From: a virus
Lineage: Duplodnaviria > Caudoviricetes
Direction: 5' to 3' (one strand)
Length of the DNA: 64,000 nucleotides
Virus record (IMG/VR): IMGVR_UViG_3300032306_000439
Coordinates: 34,639 to 98,638 of that record
In this document: positions 18,540 through 26,083 of the stretch, piece by piece
Numbering within the stretch: position 1 is the stretch's first letter
Layout of the letters: every line of letters begins with the position of its first letter
Notes under the pieces: generated by a model
The model's database searches: none
What the model saw: the letters and a program-made list of their open reading frames with translations, nothing else
Told to the model about the DNA's origin: nothing
Position numbers and translations under genes: made by a program

Positions 18540-19846
18540 CGGCATGGGTGCCAAACGACATGGTCGTAACAAGGGCCATAGCGCTTCCGTCGAGGAAGGA
18601 CCTGACCAAGGAGGTATCAATCCAGGCGGATATCTCTGGAGGCTCGGTTACCTTCGATCACGAATTAGTGCTACTTGGCCTGGCTCCTCGCCTATACGGG
18701 GGAAGAACTAGCAACAGCACTAACTTCCTGGTGTACGCTGGCCCATGGCGGGAAGAGTATGACGGTTGGGTAAAGTCGAGCTACCTAGTCAACAAGAGGC
18801 TTGGTTTCGCCAGCTTGACTATGCTCGATGTCATACACGATCACCTGCATCGTATAACTCACCGCCTAGGAATACAGCCTCCTCCTCATGCGTACGTATC
18901 TGACCCATCAGCGACAGGGTACATAAGAGGACTGACGGAGGACGACGACCTGCCCGCTGAGGCTGTGCAGCTTGACCAGCAGTTGTACATTAGAGGCCTG
19001 ATAGGGCTAAGCACTGGCAGGGGGGCGTCGGACGAGGCCATAGACCTGATTCCTATGGAAGAGTACCTACTGGGTAGGGCGGTCAAAGAGGTCCTAAGCG
19101 ACTGCGTATCCACAAATTCCTTCCTAGACAAGAGCGCAGTAGCGACAGCCACCAGCACCTACCAGGTAATTGCCTCAACTCTGGAGAACCCGGAGCGCAT
19201 GCGAATCCTGGACAAGGACAAGTTAAGAGAAGGCGCCCTGGAGCTGTACGAGATTCCATTTGACCGCATCTTCTCAGTGATCAAGAAGTTCGCGGAGCCT
19301 CACAAGACCAAGTACGCTAAGGCCAGGAAAAAATACGAGAAGGACTACCACTACCACATAAATGCCATACTAGAGACTCCACTAAAGACATACCTTGGCA
19401 AAGTAAGGCCGACCGCAAGAGCGGTTGCAGCCTCCCTTGTGTGGCTGTCAGACACTGACTTGCCTGACAACTACGCCGAGGAAGTTCTAGAGGACATTAT
19501 CCGGGGCTCTAAGTACGTAGGGGAGATACCCCGGGAATTGATCCTGTCTAGCAGATCCAAGGACAGGGCGATTCTGTATCTAAAGGAGCGCAGCAAGGAG
19601 TCTCTTGCAGAGGCCATCAAGTCTCTTGGGGACACCAGCCGAAGCGACTACTATGCTAGAGCGGCCACCCTCAAGGATGTCTTGGCTAATCTAGAACACA
19701 TAGGCCCTGCGCATAGGGTGATCCTCAGAGAGAAACTCGAGGCCATAGCAGAAGCCAACATCTCTGGGGAACCGAATCCTCTGTATGTACCCAACATAGG
19801 TACCCTCAAGAAGGTTACACGTCTACTACTGAGCGAGAGCCTCTAG
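18536..19846 (+). CDS. Hypothetical protein
   Basis: ATGA overlap with the previous stop; long ORF ending the plus-strand operon. Confidence 0.65.
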   Translation: MTAWVPNDMVVTRAIALPSRKDLTKEVSIQADISGGSVTFDHELVLLGLAPRLYGGRTSNSTNFLVYAGPWREEYDGWVKSSYLVNKRLGFASLTMLDVIHDHLHRITHRLGIQPPPHAYVSDPSATGYIRGLTEDDDLPAEAVQLDQQLYIRGLIGLSTGRGASDEAIDLIPMEEYLLGRAVKEVLSDCVSTNSFLDKSAVATATSTYQVIASTLENPERMRILDKDKLREGALELYEIPFDRIFSVIKKFAEPHKTKYAKARKKYEKDYHYHINAILETPLKTYLGKVRPTARAVAASLVWLSDTDLPDNYAEEVLEDIIRGSKYVGEIPRELILSSRSKDRAILYLKERSKESLAEAIKSLGDTSRSDYYARAATLKDVLANLEHIGPAHRVILREKLEAIAEANISGEPNPLYVPNIGTLKKVTRLLLSESL

Positions 19847-21082
19847 GTCTGCATCTGGGCAGACTTCCAAGAGCTCTGACGCGGCCCTGTTGGCAACAGC
19901 TTGTGCCGCGTCTTTTTTAGCTTTGGCAGTTTCTAGCGACGACAACTTAGATGCCTCAGAAGCCAGGTCAGTGTCGTACAGCGAGCCATAGTTAACGCAG
20001 TTAGATTCTGCCTCAGATTTTAGCGAAGCAAGAGCCGTAACATACCCACCAGAGCCCACCAATGAATCAAGAGCGGCCTGCACCTTAGTTGCAGCGCTAG
20101 CCGCAGCCCCAAAGTCGTCCACAGGCAGGTAGTCAGATAGGAACCTAACCTCCCACTTGTCCCCTTCAGCCGGAGATTCTGTGAAGGGCTGTAGTAGGTT
20201 AAGAGTCGTGGTTCCGGTTATGCTCCCGATAGTTCTGACTTCCTTGTGGCCGTCAGAAAAGGTTACCACTAACAAATGGCCAGAATAGGTAGCGCTTGAG
20301 CCAGCTGGAAAAGACCCGCTAGGCGTATAAGCCTGGCTAGCTGTAGACCCGGCCTCCAGGGACCCCTTCTTACCATTGGCTACTCTAGTACACCTGCTTA
20401 GCTGATCAGATGCTTGGTTTAGAGCATTTACTGCTATGCCCAGGGCGTAGGAAGGGCTAGCGGGAGTAGTCTCGTCCGAAGTAAGCCCGTACAGGTTAGC
20501 GAGCTTGTCACTGTAGTAACAGTGTATGTCCCTGATATCCTTATTTTTAGCTGCCTCATCTATGGCAGTCTCGTACTCAGCCTGAGCCGCATCCTGCGCG
20601 GTCTCGGCTACCTTTCTTGCGTCTACTGCGTCCGTGTAAGCTTTTTTGTACGTGTCCTGTACTGACAAAGACCCGCTACCTAGTGGCAGGTCAGTGACCT
20701 CGCTGTCAGTGATGAAGTCCAGGCGTGCTCTTTGCCACACTCCGACAAGAGAATTTATTCTGTCCTTGATTACAGGTACCGCAGCAATAGCAGTGTCAAT
20801 ATCATCGAAACTAAGAGTAGACTTACTGGTTCGATACTCAGAATGGCCTCTCTCTACAGCTACGCTTCTTAGCGTGTGGATAAGATCCAAGTCCGCCAAG
20901 GTAGCTATGCGAGCAAAAGTGTCGCTTGACTCATTTGCTCCTATAGTCATTACGAATACGTGATTGGGCATCCCCGTGGAACCTATTCCAGGGGATACTG
21001 AAAGCTCTATCTTGTACTTAGGAACTCCTGAGACGATCAGCGAGTACCTTCTCTGTGCTAAGACAAGCTCTAGGTCAGACAT
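19826..21082 (-). CDS. Putative virion protein (paralogous domain plus coiled coil)
   Basis: Last gene of the minus-strand triad; N-terminal domain resembles the two upstream genes. Confidence 0.55.
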   Translation of the reverse strand: MSDLELVLAQRRYSLIVSGVPKYKIELSVSPGIGSTGMPNHVFVMTIGANESSDTFARIATLADLDLIHTLRSVAVERGHSEYRTSKSTLSFDDIDTAIAAVPVIKDRINSLVGVWQRARLDFITDSEVTDLPLGSGSLSVQDTYKKAYTDAVDARKVAETAQDAAQAEYETAIDEAAKNKDIRDIHCYYSDKLANLYGLTSDETTPASPSYALGIAVNALNQASDQLSRCTRVANGKKGSLEAGSTASQAYTPSGSFPAGSSATYSGHLLVVTFSDGHKEVRTIGSITGTTTLNLLQPFTESPAEGDKWEVRFLSDYLPVDDFGAAASAATKVQAALDSLVGSGGYVTALASLKSEAESNCVNYGSLYDTDLASEASKLSSLETAKAKKDAAQAVANRAASELLEVCPDADLEALAQ

Positions 21083-21761
21083 TGAAAACCTCTAAAGACG
21101 TGGGAGACGACGGCTCCACTATGGTCACATTTATAGTGGCCCTACCGTTGGCAGAGTCCTGGACCACTATCTCACAGTTGCCAGAGTTGTTGGCTACAAA
21201 CAGCCCTGTTGAACCTTCTATTATGCTCCCTGTGTAGTCCTCTCCTATTGAGTAGGAGTAAGGAGGGGAACCTCCAGAACCGGCAAACTTATGCGAGTCC
21301 AGTGGGTACATAGTATACGCCGTCCCTGTCTGACGGTAGGGAACTGGCCCAACTATTCCTATGCTAAGAGGCGAAGTCAGGGTGGTCTCGGCGTCGAATC
21401 CTATCAAGGACTTTATTCTGGCCCTAGCATGGCGGTATGCGTAGTGAGCGTCGTCCCAAGAAGAGTAGGGAGACACTACACTGCTAGTCAGATAGAGGTG
21501 GTAGCCGCTTGAGTAGGTAATGCCAGTTGTCTCCGGGTCGTTAAAGCTGTATTTTTTTAGCTCCGACCTGCTCGCCACTCTTAGGTACGAAGGTTCTCCC
21601 CATGAAGAGCCGAAGTACTTCTTCTCTACTAAGAAGACCTTCTTAGCCAAGTTGACCGCCTGAGCAACGCTCATGGTCAGCTCCCAATACCCGGAGACTG
21701 GCTCGGGGTCACCTGGGGCACGGTAGTTTATACCGGCTGTGAGGACCAGTCTTCCCGACAT
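21075..21761 (-). CDS. Putative virion protein with C-terminal Ig-like segment
   Basis: GSGGSPPYSYSI...VQDSANGRATINVTI Ig-like pattern. Confidence 0.55.
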   Translation of the reverse strand: MSGRLVLTAGINYRAPGDPEPVSGYWELTMSVAQAVNLAKKVFLVEKKYFGSSWGEPSYLRVASRSELKKYSFNDPETTGITYSSGYHLYLTSSVVSPYSSWDDAHYAYRHARARIKSLIGFDAETTLTSPLSIGIVGPVPYRQTGTAYTMYPLDSHKFAGSGGSPPYSYSIGEDYTGSIIEGSTGLFVANNSGNCEIVVQDSANGRATINVTIVEPSSPTSLEVFNV

Positions 21762-22141
21762 TAGACTGACTCCAGCTCAGTTACCGTAACTCCCTCAAAG
21801 CCTGCTATATCAGCGTAAGCCTGCACTCTCTCTAGCATTATTGACGACAGCTCGTCCTTGGCTATTTTAGCGCTGCTGACGCTGTCAAAAGTAAGGGTGC
21901 CGGAAGATTTCCTGTAGAAAGACGTAGCCTCATTCCTAGAAGTAGGATACGTAGATATCTCCCAAGGGGTGGCCACTCCGACGTAGTAGTCCTCGACCAG
22001 CACCTTGGTCTTTTTGAAGACCAATATCTCGCTGGGTATGTCCGTAGAGTCTATGATTTCTGCAAGGATGGACGCGCCGCCGTTTTCTAAAATGGAGCAC
22101 GTCGTTCTTAGTGTAACTGAAGCCATGCGGAGATAATACAC
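21761..22141 (-). CDS. Putative virion protein
   Basis: Shares the VF..(R/G)(V/I)A(T/S)..(D/E)...Y pattern with its neighbours. Confidence 0.55.
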   Translation of the reverse strand: MYYLRMASVTLRTTCSILENGGASILAEIIDSTDIPSEILVFKKTKVLVEDYYVGVATPWEISTYPTSRNEATSFYRKSSGTLTFDSVSSAKIAKDELSSIMLERVQAYADIAGFEGVTVTELESV

Positions 22142-22144
22142 TCT

Positions 22145-22684
22145 ATGAGCGAGGCACCCAAAGCATTTCTGGGCATTGACGCCAGCGTCAGGTCCTCGGG
22201 GGTTGTTGTGCTCAGGAGCGGATTCGCTCCGCTGCAGGTAAGGATAGCCCCTCCTGCGTCCCTTGGCGAGAAGAGCTTTGCCTATATCTACGATAACTTC
22301 GAGGCGACCATAAAACTTCTAGGTAAAGTCGACATGGCGGCTATAGAAGGCCCCTCGTTTAATTCTTTGAACCGGCCTTTCGACATGGGCGCTGCCTACG
22401 GGGTGTTCAAAGTCCTAATGGCTAAGAACAAGATACCGTTCGTAACAGTCCCTCCAAAGAGCTTGAAGAAGTACATGACCGGCAACGGGGCCGCTAGCAA
22501 AGAAACAATGGTTCTGTACGCCAACAGCCTTGGGCTAGATAGCAAGCAAGAGGACATAGCTGACGCCTTCGCTCTGGCCCTAGTAGCTAAAGATTGCTAT
22601 CATGGCAAAGCTGAGGTAAGAACTAGGGCAAGAGAGGAAGTAGTGCAGCAAAGCCTCACTACTCTAGTGTCCTATGCCGCTTAG
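22145..22684 (+). CDS. ruvC: RuvC-like Holliday junction resolvase
   Basis: FLGIDAS, AIEG, PKSLKKYMTGNGAASKE, DIADAFAL. Confidence 0.9.
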   Translation: MSEAPKAFLGIDASVRSSGVVVLRSGFAPLQVRIAPPASLGEKSFAYIYDNFEATIKLLGKVDMAAIEGPSFNSLNRPFDMGAAYGVFKVLMAKNKIPFVTVPPKSLKKYMTGNGAASKETMVLYANSLGLDSKQEDIADAFALALVAKDCYHGKAEVRTRAREEVVQQSLTTLVSYAA

Positions 22685-23126
22685 CAGCTCTGTGCTCCAC
22701 TTGGGGCTTAGTCAGGTAAGTCCGAGCAGGCTTCAGCCAGAGTGCGGCCCTGAGTGGGTAAGGGCCTTTACTCCATACATACAAGCCTCGGTTCCAGGGG
22801 CAGCAAGCCCAGGTCTTGTAGAGAGTAATCTCTACTCTACCCTAGGCTCCGCCATGGCGTCACTGCCGCCGGGTACTTTCCCTAATACCTTGCAAACGGC
22901 GCTCATAGGCTTCTGGACTACGTTCATACCCATAGGCGTTCCGGGCATGACAGTCGTAGCGGCTACGCCTACCTTGGTAGGACCTCTTAGGGTGGCCATG
23001 GCGCGCGCCTCTGGCTGCTTGGACCGGCCTTCTGCTATGCTGCCTATAGCCCAAGCTATAGACGCCTGGACCAGGACCATAATGTACGGAACCCCAGGCA
23101 CGGGCCCGACTACGCCCCTATTATAA
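22674..23126 (+). CDS. Hypothetical protein
   Basis: 150-aa ORF overlapping the ruvC end and filling the gap. Confidence 0.5.
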   Translation: MPLSSSVLHLGLSQVSPSRLQPECGPEWVRAFTPYIQASVPGAASPGLVESNLYSTLGSAMASLPPGTFPNTLQTALIGFWTTFIPIGVPGMTVVAATPTLVGPLRVAMARASGCLDRPSAMLPIAQAIDAWTRTIMYGTPGTGPTTPLL

Positions 23127-23549
23127 AGCCCAGCCAGCAGCGAACGCTCCAGCTACAAGAAGGCTGGAGACTATAACAACCGGCCACTTGGCGCCGTCCC
23201 TTAGAGACCACCCCCTCTCTTCTTTCAGAGAGGCGTTTAGGTCGTTTATTAGGATAGAATCCTTGGCCACGCGGTCTTTTAAAGCCCAGCTCTGGCCATT
23301 TACAATATCAATAGCTGCTAGCAGATCGTTTATCCTCTGCTCTTGATACTCGGACTTCTCCTGTAGCAGGAGGCTCTTGTCCCTGTCACCTAAGCACTGA
23401 GCCTCGAAGACCTTTAGCTTCTTGGCTCCGTCTAAATCGTAGCAGGCCCCTAGGTTAGTCTCAGTCCACCTAGGAAGAGTGAAAGTATCAGCTCTGCAGA
23501 TCCTTAAAGGAACGAGCAGCATTAATCCTACTAATAGCCCTCTTAACAT
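23121..23549 (-). CDS. Exported/membrane coiled-coil protein (spanin-like)
   Basis: N-terminal signal-like hydrophobic stretch, coiled coil, C-terminal TM; overlaps the upstream gene. Confidence 0.45.
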   Translation of the reverse strand: MLRGLLVGLMLLVPLRICRADTFTLPRWTETNLGACYDLDGAKKLKVFEAQCLGDRDKSLLLQEKSEYQEQRINDLLAAIDIVNGQSWALKDRVAKDSILINDLNASLKEERGWSLRDGAKWPVVIVSSLLVAGAFAAGWAL

Positions 23550-23826
23550 TGTTGTCTACCTCAGAGATCTTGTCGTCGATGGAGTTTATCTTCACAGAAG
23601 CCTGCCTGACCCTCTCAAGGGCTTTAGCCGCCTCTTTGTCGCCTTGGGCGTTTCTGAACTCCATCTCGCTAGTCTCTTTGTTTCTGTCCTGTACCTTCTT
23701 CTCGAGCTGAAGGGCGTTGGACTTAAGCTTCAGAACGGCCACTAGAATAGTGACCGCTATGACCAGCAGGTAGACCCACCAGGGTGACTTAGCCTTGCCT
23801 AGCTTCTCTAGAAGAAGATCGGTCAC
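23488..23826 (-). CDS. Inner-membrane coiled-coil protein (Rz/i-spanin-like)
   Basis: Start reassigned to GTG 23826 (GTGA coupling); WWVYLLVIAVTILVAVL TM followed by coiled coil. Confidence 0.5.
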   Translation of the reverse strand: MTDLLLEKLGKAKSPWWVYLLVIAVTILVAVLKLKSNALQLEKKVQDRNKETSEMEFRNAQGDKEAAKALERVRQASVKINSIDDKISEVDNNVKRAISRINAARSFKDLQS

Positions 23827-25475
23827 GGTATCTCTCGTACCTCTACGTATATCTGTATGCCCCCAGCTACTACGGTGCCTCCCGTCATAGTTGGGGTACA
23901 AACAAACGTGGTGGTTATCTTGGTGCCAGTCGACCCAAGATCAGGCGGTGAAAGAGAGTACAGAGTCTCCGAGACAGGAACTTCGTACTTGCCTTCTAAT
24001 GGAGCGTTGAATTCACCGAACAGTTCAAACAGGGGTAGAATGTCTGTTTCTCCTACCACCACCTCAAAGGTCAATGACTTATCAACGGCGTTTAGAGAGA
24101 ATTGCTCGTCAATTACGAACCAGACCTTCGTAATCCTGTCCTTAGTGGACAGTCTAGCGTGACCATCATAATTGAGGTCGAAGGTGATAGAGGTGCCGCT
24201 CGTTAGGTCGGAGGCGGACACTCTCTTGCTAAGGCACCTAGTTCTGCGGGCAGCCTGCTTCACCAGCCTGTCTAGCTGGGAAGATAGAGTTCCCGACGCT
24301 AGGTTAACTCCGCCATAGCTGTCTATCTCAGAGTTGCTATCCACGTTGCCGGAAGAGCTCCGTAGAATAGACCCTATAGCAGCTGCTCCCTCGCTGCTCT
24401 CCTCCGTAGAGGCCAGTTCAGCATATGGAGACACCGGCAAGCTGAACGACAGTATGCGCGCAGGTATGTTTGGGATGTACCCTGCGCCGTGATGGAATAT
24501 AAAGCCGTCACCGTCGTAGGTCACTATTGGTACTATGTTGTACCCAGAATAGTCCTTCTCGGTTATGTACCCGCCGGTCCCGGTCTTTACTGACGTGTAG
24601 TCAGCCCCAGACTTGGTGTACAAAGCCCAGCTTAGGGGAAGGTCGGTGCTCTCCCAGAGTATTCTAAAGGGCGTAGTGCCTACTACCTCTATGAAGGTCT
24701 CCCCCACATTGGACACCTCTAGATAGTCGACATCCGCCCCAAGGGTGCCTCCTCGTCCTCCCTTTGCGAACCAACTATCCGCAGCCTCAGAAAACACGCT
24801 AGTAATGGCTACGTAAAGAGTGTTGTCTGATACAGGCACCCCGTCAGCGTCGACCAATTCCAGCCCGTCAGGGCCTAGGTCAGTCAGCAGAGTGACAGCC
24901 TCGTCTTTTATTACAGTCCTCAGGGGCAGCTTCACCAGCTGAGCCTCTGGAGACAAGTTTCCTATGGCTACATTTGGAAATTGGTAGTCATTGCCCCAAG
25001 AAAACTCCGTCCTGGAGTCAACGCCCAGATGGGGCACCTTAAGGGCGATAGTGTCGCCCTTCTTGATCATGTGGTTGTCGTTCTTGTCGGAGTTGGTGTA
25101 GAAGGTATTGAAATCCGACTCGCGGATAACAACCTTGCCTCCGGCAATAGCCGAGCTGGCCAGGACTAGCGGCGTAGCAGCGTAAGGGCTGAACTTCCAT
25201 GCCGAGACCGTGGCGGGTATAGCTCCTATGGCTACGTGAGACTGCTCGGTGACGTAGCAAACTCCGCCAAGAGAAGTTATGTAAGAGCCGGTCTCTTCGC
25301 GGTACTTCTGGTCTAGATCCAGAACGGAGGTCTTAAGAACCTCAGTTCTATTCCTAAGATTCTCGTCAGGCCTTCTAAGAGTGACCTGATTTACAGGCTC
25401 GCCATTGCTTATGGGCTGGATAGAATTTACGTTATCCTCGCCCGTGTCCCCACCCTGTTTAAAATCTACCGGCAC
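23823..25475 (-). CDS. Tail/baseplate structural protein
   Basis: NGEPVNQVTLRRPDENLRNRTEVLK resembles fibre-attachment N-termini; operon context. Confidence 0.55.
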   Translation of the reverse strand: MPVDFKQGGDTGEDNVNSIQPISNGEPVNQVTLRRPDENLRNRTEVLKTSVLDLDQKYREETGSYITSLGGVCYVTEQSHVAIGAIPATVSAWKFSPYAATPLVLASSAIAGGKVVIRESDFNTFYTNSDKNDNHMIKKGDTIALKVPHLGVDSRTEFSWGNDYQFPNVAIGNLSPEAQLVKLPLRTVIKDEAVTLLTDLGPDGLELVDADGVPVSDNTLYVAITSVFSEAADSWFAKGGRGGTLGADVDYLEVSNVGETFIEVVGTTPFRILWESTDLPLSWALYTKSGADYTSVKTGTGGYITEKDYSGYNIVPIVTYDGDGFIFHHGAGYIPNIPARILSFSLPVSPYAELASTEESSEGAAAIGSILRSSSGNVDSNSEIDSYGGVNLASGTLSSQLDRLVKQAARRTRCLSKRVSASDLTSGTSITFDLNYDGHARLSTKDRITKVWFVIDEQFSLNAVDKSLTFEVVVGETDILPLFELFGEFNAPLEGKYEVPVSETLYSLSPPDLGSTGTKITTTFVCTPTMTGGTVVAGGIQIYVEVREIP

Positions 25476-25483
25476 GGCTCACC

Positions 25484-26083
25484 TCAAGTAAGGAAGATAG
25501 TCCAGCTGTACTCTAGCATAATGGCTTCAGTCTTCGTGACTGGAGGATGGGCCTGTCGAGCAAACATCCTAGAATCAGAAGTACCAACTGGGTCTAAAGA
25601 TAAGGCACTGCCACGGGTCCACAAAGAAACTTCGGCTATAGGGTCGTCGGCGTTAGCCTTGTCGGCAGCGAACGTAGCCACGAACTTTATAGAAGAGTTA
25701 GTGGGGAAGGTTATAGAGGATATAAGGGCTGTGGCGCTCTCCTGATCATCAAGAGGAGCCACTAAGTCAGTATCGGCCCTAGCTGCCGGAGAGTCCCCGG
25801 TGCCTACCCTCATGTACCTGACCACGTTCTTCTGAGGATCAGACACTACAGTCTGAGCTACAGCAAAGCCCCTGTCTGTATCAGCAGGATGTGAACCTTC
25901 TATGTTTATGGCCGTGCCATCATCATCAAAGTCCGATTGCACCATTAGATCCATGAGAACTAGAGGGGCAAGGTAGGTTATGGAGTTTTTGTCATGGTGC
26001 CTGTACAAGCACCTCCCATTCTTGTCCAAAACCCTAAGAAGAACTTCTCCCCTAAGGGGGACCATGGAATCTTTAAGCAACAT
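25484..26083 (-). CDS. Baseplate/tail-collar protein
   Basis: MRVGTGDSPA..DT.L, IAEVSLW, MFAR..P.TKT....YSWTI pattern typical of fibre-proximal baseplate proteins. Confidence 0.6.
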   Translation of the reverse strand: MLLKDSMVPLRGEVLLRVLDKNGRCLYRHHDKNSITYLAPLVLMDLMVQSDFDDDGTAINIEGSHPADTDRGFAVAQTVVSDPQKNVVRYMRVGTGDSPAARADTDLVAPLDDQESATALISSITFPTNSSIKFVATFAADKANADDPIAEVSLWTRGSALSLDPVGTSDSRMFARQAHPPVTKTEAIMLEYSWTIFLT

